Source of the DNA: Eledone cirrhosa
Taxonomy: Eukaryota
NCBI GenBank assembly: GCA_964016885.1
Contig: OZ024742.1
Location: 328,104,001-328,168,000, forward strand
DNA: 64,000 nucleotides
Direction: 5' to 3'
The translations under genes and the position numbers were made by a program. The stretch's first letter is position 1. The number at the start of each line of letters is the position of its first letter. The notes under the pieces were generated by a model. The model did no database searches, was not told the DNA's origin, and saw only the letters and a list, made by a program, of their open reading frames with translations. Below are positions 1-14,378 of this stretch, one piece after another.

Positions 1-3000
1 TGTAGTTGTTTTTGGTGATAGTGTTGGTATGGTGTTGTTGTTGTAGTAGTTGTTTTTGGTGATAGTGTTGGTATGGTGTTGTTGTGGTTGTTTTTGGTGA
101 TAGTATTGATATGGTGTTGTAGTTGTTGTTTTTGGTGATAGTGTTGGTATGGTGTTGTTGTAGTAGTTGTTTTTGGTGATAGTGTTGGTATGGTGTTGTT
201 GTAGTAGTTGTTTTTGGTGATAGTGTTGGTATGGTGTTGTTGTGGTTGTTTGTGGTGATAGTATTGGTATGGTGTTGCAGTAGTTGTTTTTGGTGATAGT
301 GTTGGTATGGTGTTGTTGTAGTTTTTTTTGGTGATAGTGTTGGTATGGTGTTGTTGTGGTTGTTGTTTCTGGTGATAGTGTTGGTATGGTGCTGTTGTGG
401 TTGTTGTTTTTGGTGATAGTGTTGGTATGGTGTTGTTGTAGTAGTTGTTTTTGGTGATAGTGTTGGTATGGTGTTGTTGTAATAGTTTTTGGTGATAGTG
501 TTGGTATGGTGTTGTTGTAGTTGTTCTTGGTGATAGTGTTGGTATGGTGTTGTTCTAGTTGTTTTTGGTGATAGTGTCGGTATGGTGTTGTTGTGGTTGT
601 TGTTTTTGGTGATAGTGTTGGTATGGTGTTGTTGTTGTTGTTGTTTTTGGTGATAGTGTTGGTATGGTGTTGTTGTAGTTGCTTTTGGTGATAGTGTTGG
701 TATGGTGTTGTTGTGGATGTTGTTTTTGGTGATAGTGTTGGTATGGTGTTGTTGTGGTTGTTTTTGGTGATAGTATTGGTATGGTGTTGTAGTTGTTTTT
801 GGTAATAGTGTTGGTATGGTGTTGTTGTAGTTGTTTTTGGTGATAGTGTTGGTATGGTGTTGTTGTGGTTGTTGTTTTTGGTGATAGTGTTGGTATGGTG
901 TTGTTGTAGTTGATTTTGGTGATAGTGTTGGTATGGTGTTGTTGTTTTAGTAGTTGTTTTTGGTGATAGTGTTGGTATGGTGTTGTTGTAGTAGTTTTTG
1001 GTGATAGTGTTGGTATGGTGTTGTTGTAATAGTTTTTGGTGATAGTGTTGGTATGGTGTTGTTGTAGTTGTTTTTGGTGATAGTGTTGTTATGGTGTTGT
1101 TGTAGATGTTTTTGGTGATAGTGTTGGTATGGTGTTGTTGTAGTTGTTTTTGGTGATAGTGTTGGTATGGTGTTGTTGTTGTTTTTGGTGATAGTGTTGG
1201 TATGGTGTTGTTGTTGTTGTTTTTGGTGATAGTGTTGGTATGGTGTTGTTGTGGTTGTTGTTTTTGGTGATAGTGTTGGTATAGTGTTGTTGTGGTTGTT
1301 TTTGGTGATAGTATTGGTATGGTGTTGTAGTTGTTTTTGGTGATAGTGTTGGTATGGTGTTTTTGTAGTTGTTTTTGGTGATAGTGTTGGTATGGTGTTG
1401 TTGTGGTTGTTGTTTTTGGTGATAGTGTTGGTATGGTGTTGTTGTAGTTGTTTTTGGTGATAGTGTTGGTATGGTGTTGTTGTTGTAGTAGTTGTTTTTG
1501 TTGATAGTGTTGGTATGGTGTTGTTGTAGTAGTTTTTGGTGATAGTGTTGGTATGGTGTTGTTGCAGTAGTTGTTTTTGGTGATAGTGTTGGTATGGTGT
1601 TGTTGTAGTAGTTGTTTTTGGTGATAGTGTTGGTATGGTGTTGTTGTAGTAGTTTTTGGTGATAGTGTTGGTATGGTGTTGTTATAGTAGTTTTTGGTGA
1701 TAGTGTTGGTATGGTGTTGTTGTAGTAGTTGTTTTTGGTGATAGTGTTGGTATGGTGTTGTTGTAGTAGTGATTTTTGGTGATAGTGTTGGTATGGTGTT
1801 GTTGTAGTAGTTTTTGGTGATATTGTTGGTATGGTGTTGTTGTAGTAGTTGTTTTTAGTGATAGTGTTGGTATGGTGTTGTTGTAGTAGTTGTTTTTGGT
1901 GATAGTATTGGTATGGTGTTGTTGTAGTAGTTGTTTTTGGTGATAGTGTTGGTATGGTGTTGTTGTAGTAGTTGTTTTTGGTGATAGTGTTGCTATGGTG
2001 TTGTTGTAGTAGTTGTTTTTGGTGTTAGTGTTGGTATGGTGTTGTTGTAGTAGTTGTTTTTGGTGTTAGTGTTGGTATGGTGTTGTAGTAGTTGTTTTTG
2101 GTGATAGTGTTGGTATGGTGTTGTTGTAGTAGTTGTTTTTGGTGATAGTGTTGGTATGGTGTTGTTGTAGTTGTTTTTGGTGATAGTGTTGGTATGGTGT
2201 TGTTGTGGTTGTTGTTTTTGGTGATAGTGTTGGTATGGTGTTGTTGTGGTTGTTTTTGGTGATAGTATTGGAATGGTGTTGTAGTTGTTTTTGGTGATAG
2301 TGTTGGTATGGTGTTTTTGTAGTTGTTTTTGGTGATAGTGTTGGTATGGTGTTTTTGTAGTTGTTTTTGGTGATAGTGTTGGTATGGTGTTGTTGTGGTT
2401 GTTGTTTTTGGTGATAGTGTTGGTATGGTGTTGTTATAGTTGTTTTTGGTGATAGTGTTGGTATGGTGTTGTTGTTGTAGTAGTTGTTTTTGGTGATAGT
2501 GTTGGTATGGTGTTGTTGTAGTAGTTTTTGGTGATAGTGTTGCTATGGTGTTGTTGTAGTAGTTGTTTTTGGTGATAGTGTTGGTATGGTGTTGTTGTAG
2601 TAGTTGTTTTTGGTGGTAGTGTTGGTATGGTGTTGTTGTAGTAGTTTTTGGTGATAGTGTTTCTATGGTGTTGTTGTAGTAGTTGTTTTTAGTGATAGTG
2701 TTGGTATGGTGTTTTTGTAGTAGTTGTTTTTGGTGATAGTATTGGTATGGTGTTGTTGTAGTAGTTGTTTTTGGTGATAGTGTTGGTATGGTGTTGTTGT
2801 AGTAGTTGTTTTTGGTGATAGTGTTGGTATGGTGTTGTTGTAGTAGTTGTTTTTGGTGTTAGTGTTGGTATGGTGTTGTTGTAGTAGTTGTTTTTGATGT
2901 TAGTGTTGGTATGGTGTTGTAGTAGTTGTTTTTGGTGATAGTGTTGGTATGGTGTTGTTGTAGTTGTTTTTGGTGATAGTGTTGGTATGGTGTTGTTGTA

Positions 3001-6000
3001 GTTGTTTTTGGTGATAGTGTTGGTATGGTGTTGTTGTGGTTGTTGTTTTTGGTGATAGTGTTGGTATGGTGTTGTTGTAGTAGGTTTTGGTGATAGTGTT
3101 GGTATGGTGTTGTTGTGGTTGTTGTTTTTGGTGATAGTGTTGGTATGGTGTTGTTGTAGTAGGTTTTGGTGATAGTGTTGGTATGGTGTTGTTGTGGTTG
3201 TTGTTTTTGGTGATAGTGTTGGTATGGTGTTGTAGTTGTTTTTGGTGATAGTGTTGGTATGGTGTTGTTGTAATAGTTTTTGGTGATAGTGTTGGTATGG
3301 TGTTGTTGTAGTAGTTGTTTTTGGTGATAGTGTTGGTATGGTGTTGTTGTAGTTGTTTTTGGTGATAGTGTTGGTATGGTGTTGTTGTGGTTGTTGTTTT
3401 TGGTGATAGTGTTGGTATGGTGTTGTTGTAGTTGTTTTTGGTGATAGTGTTGGTATGGTGTTGTTGTAGTTGTTTTTGGTGATAGTGTTGGTATGGTGTT
3501 GTTGTGGTTGTTGTTTTTGGTGATAGTGTTGGTATGGTGTTGTTGTAGTAGGTTTTGGTGATAGTGTTGGTATGGTGTTGTTGTGGTTGTTGTTTTTGGT
3601 GATAGTGTTGGTATGGTGTTGTAGTTGTTTTTGGTGATAGTGTTGGTATGGTGTTGTTGTAATAGTTTTTGGTGATAGTGTTGGTATGGTGTTGTTGTAG
3701 TAGTTGTTTTTGGTGATAGTGTTGGTATGGTGTTGTTGTAGTTGTTTTTGGTGATAGTGTTGGTTTTGTGTTGTTGTAGTTGTTTTTGGTGATAGTGTTG
3801 GTAAGGTGTTGTTGTGGTTGTTTTTGGTGATAGTGTTGGTATGGTGCTGTTGTAGTTGTTTTTGGTGTTAGTGTTGGTATGGTGTTGTTGTAGTTGTTTT
3901 TGGTGATAGTGTTGGTATGGTGTTGTTGAGGTTGTTTTTGGTGATAGTGTTGGTATGGTGTTGTTGCAGTAGTTATTTTTGGTGATAGTGTTGGTATGGT
4001 GTTGTTGTAGTTGTTTTTGGTGATAGTGTTGGTATGGTGTTGTTGTAGTTGTTTTTGGTGATAGTGTTGGTATGGTGTTGTTGTAGTAGTTGTTTTTGGT
4101 GATAGTGTTGGTATGATGTTGTTGTAGTTGTTTTTGGTGATAGTGTTGGTATGGTGCTGTTGTAGTTGTTTTTGGTGATAGTGTTGGTATGGTGTTGTTG
4201 TTGTAGTAGTTGTTTTTGGTGATAGTGTTGGTATGGTGTTGTTGTGGTTGTTTTTGGTGATAGTATTGATATGGTGTTGTAGTTGTTGTTTTTGGTGATA
4301 GTGTTGGTATGGTGTTGTTGTAGTAGTTGTTTTTGGTGATAGTGTTGGTATGGTGTTGTTGTAGTAGTTGTTTTTGGTGATAGTGTTGGTATGGTGTTGT
4401 TGTGGTTGTTTGTGGTGATAGTATTGGTATGGTGTTGCAGTAGTTGTTTTTGGTGATAGTGTTGGTATGGTGTTGTTGTAGTTTTTTTTGGTGATAGTGT
4501 TGGTATGGTGTTGTTGTGGTTATTGTTTTTGGTGATAGTGTTGGTATGGTGCTGTTGTGGTTGTTGTTTTTGGTGATAGTGTTGGTATGGTGTTGTTGTA
4601 GTAGTTGTTTTTGGTGATAGTGTTGGTATGGTGTTGTTGTAGTTGTTTTTGGTGATAGTGTTGGTATGGTGTTGTTGTAGTAGTTTTTGGTGATAGTGTT
4701 GGTATGGTGTTGTTGTAGTAGTTGTTTTTGGTGATAGTGTTGGTATGGTGTTGTTGTAGTAGTTGTTTTTGGTGATAGTGTTGGTAAGGTGTTGTTGTAG
4801 TAGTTTTTGGTGATATTGTTGGTATGGTGTTGTTGTAGTAGTTGTTTTTAGTGATAGTGTTGGTATGGTGTTTTTGTAGTAGTTGTTTTTGGTGATAGTA
4901 TTGGTATGGTGTTGTTGTAGTAGTTGTTTTTGGTGATAGTGTTGGTATGGTGTTGTTGTAGTAGTTGTTTTTGGTGATAGTGTTGGTATGGTGTTGTTGT
5001 AGTAGTTGTTTTTGGTGTTAGTGTTGGTATGGTGTTGTTGTAGTAGTTGTTTTTGATGTTAGTGTTGGTATGGTGTTGTAGTAGTTGTTTTTGGTGATAG
5101 TGTTGGTATGGTGTTGTTGTAGTTGTTTTTGGTGATAGTGTTGGTATGGTGTTGTTGTAGTTGTTTTTGGTGATAGTGTTGGTATGGTGTTGTTGTGGTT
5201 GTTGTTTTTGGTGATAGTGTTGGTATGGTGTTGTTGTAGTAGGTTTTGGTGATAGTGTTGGTATGGTGTTGTTGTGGTTGTTGTTTTTGGTGATAGTGTT
5301 GGTATGGTGTTGTTGTAGTAGGTTTTGGTGATAGTGTTGGTATGGTGTTGTTGTGGTTGTTGTTTTTGGTGATAGTGTTGGTATGGTTTTGTAGTTGTTT
5401 TTGGTGATAGTGTTGGTATGGTGTTGTTGTAATAGTTTTTGGTGATAGTGTTGGTATGGTGTTGTTGTAGTAGTTGTTTTTGGTGATAGTGTTGGTATGG
5501 TGTTGTTGTAGTTGTTTTTGGTGATAGTGTTGGTATGGTGTTGTTGTGGTTGTTGTTTTTGGTGATAGTGTTGGTATGGTGTTGTTGTAGTTGTTTTTGG
5601 TGATAGTGTTGGTATGGTGTTGTTGTAGTTGTTTTTGGTGATAGTGTTGGTATGGTGTTGTTGTGGTTGTTGTTTTTGGTGATAGTGTTGGTATGGTGTT
5701 GTTGTAGTAGGTTTTGGTGATAGTGTTGGTATGGTGTTGTTGTGGTTGTTGTTTTTGGTGATAGTGTTGGTATGGTGTTGTAGTTGTTTTTGGTGATAGT
5801 GTTGGTATGGTGTTGTTGTAATAGTTTTTGGTGATAGTGTTGGTATGGTGTTGTTGTAGTAGTTGTTTTTGGTGATAGTGTTGGTATGGTGTTGTTGTAG
5901 TTGTTTTTGGTGATAGTGTTGGTTTTGTGTTGTTGTAGTTGTTTTTGGTGATAGTGTTGGTAAGGTGTTGTTGTGGTTGTTTTTGGTGATAGTGTTGGTA

Positions 6001-6319
6001 TGGTGCTGTTGTAGTTGTTTTTGGTGTTAGTGTTGGTATGGTGTTGTTGTAGTTGTTTTTGGTGATAGTGTTGGTATGGTGTTGTTGAGGTTGTTTTTGG
6101 TGATAGTGTTGGTATGGTGTTGTTGCAGTAGTTGTTTTTGGTGATAGTGTTGGTATGGTGTTGTTGTAGTTGTTTTTGGTGATAGTGTTGGTATGGTGTT
6201 GTTGTAGTTGTTTTTGGTGATAGTGTTGGTATGGTGTTGTTGTAGTAGTTGTTTTTGGTGATAGTGTTGGTATGATGTTGTTGTAGTTGTTTTTGGTGAT
6301 AGTGTTGGTATGGTGCTGT
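1..6319. repeat. Higher-order block L, copy 1 (~6.3 kb, phase set arbitrarily by the window start)
   Basis: Variants GTTCTTGG (C at 526) and GTGTCGG (C at 578) recur at 6845 and 6897 (offset 6319), followed by the same ordered variant series. Confidence 0.9.
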
Positions 6320-9300
6320 TGTAGTTGTTTTTGGTGATAGTGTTGGTATGGTGTTGTTGTTGTAGTAGTTGTTTTTGGTGATAGTGTTGGTATGGTGTTG
6401 TTGTGGTTGTTTTTGGTGATAGTATTGATATGGTGTTGTAGTTGTTGTTTTTGGTGATAGTGTTGGTATGGTGTTGTTGTAGTAGTTGTTTTTGGTGATA
6501 GTGTTGGTATGGTGTTGTTGTAGTAGTTGTTTTTGGTGATAGTGTTGGTATGGTGTTGTTGTGGTTGTTTGTGGTGATAGTATTGGTATGGTGTTGCAGT
6601 AGTTGTTTTTGGTGATAGTGTTGGTATGGTGTTGTTGTAGTTTTTTTTGGTGATAGTGTTGGTATGGTGTTGTTGTGGTTGTTGTTTTTGGTGATAGTGT
6701 TGGTATGGTGCTGTTGTGGTTGTTGTTTTTGGTGATAGTGTTGGTATGGTGTTGTTGTAGTAGTTGTTTTTGGTGATAGTGTTGGTATGGTGTTGTTGTA
6801 ATAGTTTTTGGTGATAGTGTTGGTATGGTGTTGTTGTAGTTGTTCTTGGTGATAGTGTTGGTATGGTGTTGTTCTAGTTGTTTTTGGTGATAGTGTCGGT
6901 ATGGTGTTGTTGTGGTTGTTGTTTTTGGTGATAGTGTTGGTATGGTGTTGTTGTTGTTGTTGTTTTTGGTGATAGTGTTGGTATGGTGTTGTTGTAGTTG
7001 CTTTTGGTGATAGTGTTGGTATGGTGTTGTTGTGGATGTTGTTTTTGGTGATAGTGTTGGTATGGTGTTGTTGTGGTTGTTTTTGGTGATAGTATTGGTA
7101 TGGTGTTGTAGTTGTTTTTGGTAATAGTGTTGGTATGGTGTTGTTGTAGTTGTTTTTGGTGATAGTGTTGGTATGGTGTTGTTGTGGTTGTTGTTTTTGG
7201 TGATAGTGTTGGTATGGTGTTGTTGTAGTTGATTTTGGTGATAGTGTTGGTATGGTGTTGTTGTTGTAGTAGTTGTTTTTGGTGATAGTGTTGGTATGGT
7301 GTTGTTGTAGTAGTTTTTGGTGATAGTGTTGGTATGGTGTTGTTGTAATAGTTTTTGGTGATAGTGTTGGTATGGTGTTGTTGTAGTTGTTTTTGGTGAT
7401 AGTGTTGTTATGGTGTTGTTGTAGATGTTTTTGGTGATAGTGTTGGTATGGTGTTGTTGTAGTTGTTTTTGGTGATAGTGTTGGTATGGTGTTGTTGTGG
7501 TTGTTGTTTTTGGTGATAGTGTTGGTATGGTGTTGTTGTTGTTGTTTTTGGTGATAGTGTTGGTATGGTGTTGTTGTGGTTGTTGTTTTTGGTGATAGTG
7601 TTGGTATAGTGTTGTTGTGGTTGTTTTTGGTGATAGTATTGGTATGGTGTTGTAGTTGTTTTTGGTGATAGTGTTGGTATGGTGTTTTTGTAGTTGTTTT
7701 TGGTGATAGTGTTGGTATGGTGTTGTTGTGGTTGTTGTTTTTGGTGATAGTGTTGGTATGGTGTTGTTGTAGTTGTTTTTGGTGATAGTGTTGGTATGGT
7801 GTTGTTGTTGTAGTAGTTGTTTTTGTTGATAGTGTTGGTATGGTGTTGTTGTAGTAGTTTTTGGTGATAGTGTTGGTATGGTGTTGTTGCAGTAGTTGTT
7901 TTTGGTGATAGTGTTGGTATGGTGTTGTTGTAGTAGTTGTTTTTGGTGATAGTGTTGGTATGGTGTTGTTGTAGTAGTTTTTGGTGATAGTGTTGGTATG
8001 GTGTTGTTATAGTAGTTTTTGGTGATAGTGTTGGTATGGTGTTGTTGTAGTAGTTGTTTTTGGTGATAGTGTTGGTATGGTGTTGTTGTAGTAGTGATTT
8101 TTGGTGATAGTGTTGGTATGGTGTTGTTGTAGTAGTTTTTGGTGATATTGTTGGTATGGTGTTGTTGTAGTAGTTGTTTTTAGTGATAGTGTTGGTATGG
8201 TGTTGTTGTAGTAGTTGTTTTTGGTGATAGTATTGGTATGGTGTTGTTGTAGTAGTTGTTTTTGGTGATAGTGTTGGTATGGTGTTGTTGTAGTAGTTGT
8301 TTTTGGTGATAGTGTTGCTATGGTGTTGTTGTAGTAGTTGTTTTTGGTGTTAGTGTTGGTATGGTGTTGTTGTAGTAGTTGTTTTTGGTGTTAGTGTTGG
8401 TATGGTGTTTTTGTAGTAGTTGTTTTTGGTGATAGTATTGGTATGGTGTTGTTGTAGTAGTTGTTTTTGGTGATAGTGTTGGTATGGTGTTGTTGTAGTA
8501 GTTGTTTTTGGTGATAGTGTTGGTATGGTGTTGTTGTAGTAGTTGTTTTTGGTGTTAGTGTTGGTATGGTGTTGTAGTAGTTGTTTTTGGTGATAGTGTT
8601 GGTATGGTGTTGTTGTAGTAGTTGTTTTTGGTGATAGTGTTGGTATGGTGTTGTTGTAGTTGTTTTTGGTGATAGTGTTGGTATGGTGTTGTTGTGGTTG
8701 TTGTTTTTGGTGATAGTGTTGGTATGGTGTTGTTGTGGTTGTTTTTGGTGATAGTATTGGAATGGTGTTGTAGTTGTTTTTGGTGATAGTGTTGGTATGG
8801 TGTTTTTGTAGTTGTTTTTGGTGATAGTGTTGGTATGGTGTTTTTGTAGTTGTTTTTGGTGATAGTGTTGGTATGGTGTTGTTGTGGTTGTTGTTTTTGG
8901 TGATAGTGTTGGTATGGTGTTGTTATAGTTGTTTTTGGTGATAGTGTTGGTATGGTGTTGTTGTTGTAGTAGTTGTTTTTGGTGATAGTGTTGGTATGGT
9001 GTTGTTGTAGTAGTTTTTGGTGATAGTGTTGCTATGGTGTTGTTGTAGTAGTTGTTTTTGGTGATAGTGTTGGTATGGTGTTGTTGTAGTAGTTGTTTTT
9101 GGTGGTAGTGTTGGTATGGTGTTGTTGTAGTAGTTTTTGGTGATAGTGTTTCTATGGTGTTGTGTAGTAGTTGTTTTTAGTGATAGTGTTGGTATGGTGT
9201 TTTTGTAGTAGTTGTTTTTGGTGATAGTATTGGTATGGTGTTGTTGTAGTAGTTGTTTTTGGTGATAGTGTTGGTATGGTGTTGTTGTAGTAGTTGTTTT

Positions 9301-12300
9301 TGGTGATAGTGTTGGTATGGTGTTGTTGTAGTAGTTGTTTTTGGTGTTAGTGTTGGTATGGTGTTGTTGTAGTAGTTGTTTTTGATGTTAGTGTTGGTAT
9401 GGTGTTGTAGTAGTTGTTTTTGGTGATAGTGTTGGTATGGTGTTGTTGTAGTTGTTTTTGGTGATAGTGTTGGTATGGTGTTGTTGTAGTTGTTTTTGGT
9501 GATAGTGTTGGTATGGTGTTGTTGTGGTTGTTGTTTTTGGTGATAGTGTTGGTATGGTGTTGTTGTAGTAGGTTTTGGTGATAGTGTTGGTATGGTGTTG
9601 TTGTGGTTGTTGTTTTTGGTGATAGTGTTGGTATGGTGTTGTTGTAGTAGGTTTTGGTGATAGTGTTGGTATGGTGTTGTTGTGGTTGTTGTTTTTGGTG
9701 ATAGTGTTGGTATGGTGTTGTAGTTGTTTTTGGTGATAGTGTTGGTATGGTGTTGTTGTAATAGTTTTTGGTGATAGTGTTGGTATGGTGTTGTTGTAGT
9801 AGTTGTTTTTGGTGATAGTGTTGGTATGGTGTTGTTGTAGTTGTTTTTGGTGATAGTGTTGGTATGGTGTTGTTGTGGTTGTTGTTTTTGGTGATAGTGT
9901 TGGTATGGTGTTGTTGTAGTTGTTTTTGGTGATAGTGTTGGTATGGTGTTGTTGTAGTTGTTTTTGGTGATAGTGTTGGTATGGTGTTGTTGTGGTTGTT
10001 GTTTTTGGTGATAGTGTTGGTATGGTGTTGTTGTAGTAGGTTTTGGTGATAGTGTTGGTATGGTGTTGTTGTGGTTGTTGTTTTTGGTGATAGTGTTGGT
10101 ATGGTGTTGTAGTTGTTTTTGGTGATAGTGTTGGTATGGTGTTGTTGTAATAGTTTTTGGTGATAGTGTTGGTATGGTGTTGTTGTAGTAGTTGTTTTTG
10201 GTGATAGTGTTGGTATGGTGTTGTTGTAGTTGTTTTTGGTGATAGTGTTGGTTTTGTGTTGTTGTAGTTGTTTTTGGTGATAGTGTTGGTAAGGTGTTGT
10301 TGTGGTTGTTTTTGGTGATAGTGTTGGTATGGTGCTGTTGTAGTTGTTTTTGGTGTTAGTGTTGGTATGGTGTTGTTGTAGTTGTTTTTGGTGATAGTGT
10401 TGGTATGGTGTTGTTGAGGTTGTTTTTGGTGATAGTGTTGGTATGGTGTTGTTGCAGTAGTTATTTTTGGTGATAGTGTTGGTATGGTGTTGTTGTAGTT
10501 GTTTTTGGTGATAGTGTTGGTATGGTGTTGTTGTAGTTGTTTTTGGTGATAGTGTTGGTATGGTGTTGTTGTAGTAGTTGTTTTTGGTGATAGTGTTGGT
10601 ATGATGTTGTTGTAGTTGTTTTTGGTGATAGTGTTGGTATGGTGCTGTTGTAGTTGTTTTTGGTGATAGTGTTGGTATGGTGTTGTTGTTGTAGTAGTTG
10701 TTTTTGGTGATAGTGTTGGTATGGTGTTGTTGTGGTTGTTTTTGGTGATAGTATTGATATGGTGTTGTAGTTGTTGTTTTTGGTGATAGTGTTGGTATGG
10801 TGTTGTTGTAGTAGTTGTTTTTGGTGATAGTGTTGGTATGGTGTTGTTGTAGTAGTTGTTTTTGGTGATAGTGTTGGTATGGTGTTGTTGTGGTTGTTTG
10901 TGGTGATAGTATTGGTATGGTGTTGCAGTAGTTGTTTTTGGTGATAGTGTTGGTATGGTGTTGTTGTAGTTTTTTTTGGTGATAGTGTTGGTATGGTGTT
11001 GTTGTGGTTATTGTTTTTGGTGATAGTGTTGGTATGGTGCTGTTGTGGTTGTTGTTTTTGGTGATAGTGTTGGTATGGTGTTGTTGTAGTAGTTGTTTTT
11101 GGTGATAGTGTTGGTATGGTGTTGTTGTAGTTGTTTTTGGTGATAGTGTTGGTATGGTGTTGTTGTAGTAGTTTTTGGTGATAGTGTTGGTATGGTGTTG
11201 TTGTAGTAGTTGTTTTTGGTGATAGTGTTGGTATGGTGTTGTTGTAGTAGTTGTTTTTGGTGATAGTGTTGGTAAGGTGTTGTTGTAGTAGTTTTTGGTG
11301 ATATTGTTGGTATGGTGTTGTTGTAGTAGTTGTTTTTAGTGATAGTGTTGGTATGGTGTTTTTGTAGTAGTTGTTTTTGGTGATAGTATTGGTATGGTGT
11401 TGTTGTAGTAGTTGTTTTTGGTGATAGTGTTGGTATGGTGTTGTTGTGGTTGTTGTTTTTGGTGATAGTGTTGGTATGGTGTTGTTGTAGTTGTTTTTGG
11501 TGATAGTGTTGGTATGGTGTTGTTGTAGTTGTTTTTGGTGATAGTGTTGGTATGGTGTTGTTGTGGTTGTTGTTTTTGGTGATAGTGTTGGTATGGTGTT
11601 GTTGTAGTAGGTTTTGGTGATAGTGTTGGTATGGTGTTGTTGTGGTTGTTGTTTTTGGTGATAGTGTTGGTATGGTGTTGTAGTTGTTTTTGGTGATAGT
11701 GTTGGTATGGTGTTGTTGTAATAGTTTTTGGTGATAGTGTTGGTATGGTGTTGTTGTAGTAGTTGTTTTTGGTGATAGTGTTGGTATGGTGTTGTTGTAG
11801 TTGTTTTTGGTGATAGTGTTGGTTTTGTGTTGTTGTAGTTGTTTTTGGTGATAGTGTTGGTAAGGTGTTGTTGTGGTTGTTTTTGGTGATAGTGTTGGTA
11901 TGGTGCTGTTGTAGTTGTTTTTGGTGTTAGTGTTGGTATGGTGTTGTTGTAGTTGTTTTTGGTGATAGTGTTGGTATGGTGTTGTTGAGGTTGTTTTTGG
12001 TGATAGTGTTGGTATGGTGTTGTTGCAGTAGTTATTTTTGGTGATAGTGTTGGTATGGTGTTGTTGTAGTTGTTTTTGGTGATAGTGTTGGTATGGTGTT
12101 GTTGTAGTTGTTTTTGGTGATAGTGTTGGTATGGTGTTGTTGTAGTAGTTGTTTTTGGTGATAGTGTTGGTATGATGTTGTTGTAGTTGTTTTTGGTGAT
12201 AGTGTTGGTATGGTGCTGTTGTAGTTGTTTTTGGTGATAGTGTTGGTATGGTGTTGTTGTTGTAGTAGTTGTTTTTGGTGATAGTGTTGGTATGGTGTTG

Positions 12301-14378
12301 TTGTGGTTGTTTTTGGTGATAGTATTGATATGGTGTTGTAGTTGTTGTTTTTGGTGATAGTGTTGGTATGGTGTTGTTGTAGTAGTTGTTTTTGGTGATA
12401 GTGTTGGTATGGTGTTGTTGTAGTAGTTGTTTTTGGTGATAGTGTTGGTATGGTGTTGTTGTGGTTGTTTGTGGTGATAGTATTGGTATGGTGTTGCAGT
12501 AGTTGTTTTTGGTGATAGTGTTGGTATGGTGTTGTTGTAGTTTTTTTTGGTGATAGTGTTGGTATGGTGTTGTTGTGGTTATTGTTTTTGGTGATAGTGT
12601 TGGTATGGTGCTGTTGTGGTTGTTGTTTTTGGTGATAGTGTTGGTATGGTGTTGTTGTAGTAGTTGTTTTTGGTGATAGTGTTGGTATGGTGTTGTTGTA
12701 GTTGTTTTTGGTGATAGTGTTGGTATGGTGTTGTTGTAGTAGTTTTTGGTGATAGTGTTGGTATGGTGTTGTTGTAGTAGTTGTTTTTGGTGATAGTGTT
12801 GGTATGGTGTTGTTGTAGTAGTTGTTTTTGGTGATAGTGTTGGTAAGGTGTTGTTGTAGTAGTTTTTGGTGATATTGTTGGTATGGTGTTGTTGTAGTAG
12901 TTGTTTTTAGTGATAGTGTTGGTATGGTGTTTTTGTAGTAGTTGTTTTTGGTGATAGTATTGGTATGGTGTTGTTGTAGTAGTTGTTTTTGGTGATAGTG
13001 TTGGTATGGTGTTGTTGTAGTAGTTGTTTTTGGTGATAGTGTTGGTATGGTGTTGTTGTAGTAGTTGTTTTTGGTGTTAGTGTTGGTATGGTGTTGTTGT
13101 AGTAGTTGTTTTTGATGTTAGTGTTGGTATGGTGTTGTAGTAGTTGTTTTTGGTGATAGTGTTGGTATGGTGTTGTTGTAGTTGTTTTTGGTGATAGTGT
13201 TGGTATGGTGTTGTTGTAGTTGTTTTTGGTGATAGTGTTGGTATGGTGTTGTTGTGGTTGTTGTTTTTGGTGATAGTGTTGGTATGGTGTTGTTGTAGTA
13301 GGTTTTGGTGATAGTGTTGGTATGGTGTTGTTGTGGTTGTTGTTTTTGGTGATAGTGTTGGTATGGTGTTGTTGTAGTAGGTTTTGGTGATAGTGTTGGT
13401 ATGGTGTTGTTGTGGTTGTTGTTTTTGGTGATAGTGTTGGTATGGTGTTGTAGTTGTTTTTGGTGATAGTGTTGGTATGGTGTTGTTGTAATAGTTTTTG
13501 GTGATAGTGTTGGTATGGTGTTGTTGTAGTAGTTGTTTTTGGTGATAGTGTTGGTATGGTGTTGTTGTAGTTGTTTTTGGTGATAGTGTTGGTATGGTGT
13601 TGTTGTGGTTGTTGTTTTTGGTGATAGTGTTGGTATGGTGTTGTTGTAGTTGTTTTTGGTGATAGTGTTGGTATGGTGTTGTTGTAGTTGTTTTTGGTGA
13701 TAGTGTTGGTATGGTGTTGTTGTGGTTGTTGTTTTTGGTGATAGTGTTGGTATGGTGTTGTTGTAGTAGGTTTTGGTGATAGTGTTGGTATGGTGTTGTT
13801 GTGGTTGTTGTTTTTGGTGATAGTGTTGGTATGGTGTTGTAGTTGTTTTTGGTGATAGTGTTGGTATGGTGTTGTTGTAATAGTTTTTGGTGATAGTGTT
13901 GGTATGGTGTTGTTGTAGTAGTTGTTTTTGGTGATAGTGTTGGTATGGTGTTGTTGTAGTTGTTTTTGGTGATAGTGTTGGTTTTGTGTTGTTGTAGTTG
14001 TTTTTGGTGATAGTGTTGGTAAGGTGTTGTTGTGGTTGTTTTTGGTGATAGTGTTGGTATGGTGCTGTTGTAGTTGTTTTTGGTGTTAGTGTTGGTATGG
14101 TGTTGTTGTAGTTGTTTTTGGTGATAGTGTTGGTATGGTGTTGTTGAGGTTGTTTTTGGTGATAGTGTTGGTATGGTGTTGTTGCAGTAGTTGTTTTTGG
14201 TGATAGTGTTGGTATGGTGTTGTTGTAGTTGTTTTTGGTGATAGTGTTGGTATGGTGTTGTTGTAGTTGTTTTTGGTGATAGTGTTGGTATGGTGTTGTT
14301 GTAGTAGTTGTTTTTGGTGATAGTGTTGGTATGATGTTGTTGTAGTTGTTTTTGGTGATAGTGTTGGTATGGTGCTGT
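6320..14378. repeat. Higher-order block L, copy 2 (8,059 bp, expanded)
   Basis: The same markers recur at 14904 and 14956 (offset 8059). The excess over 6319 is accounted for by +6, +164 (near 8400-8560), -1 (near 9162) and a 1,571-bp internal duplication. Confidence 0.88.
9860..13000. repeat. 1,571-bp tandem duplication nested in block L copy 2
   Basis: The GCAGTAGTTATTTTT variant A lies at 10463 and 12034. TAGTATTGAT lies at 10749 and 12320. Confidence 0.88.
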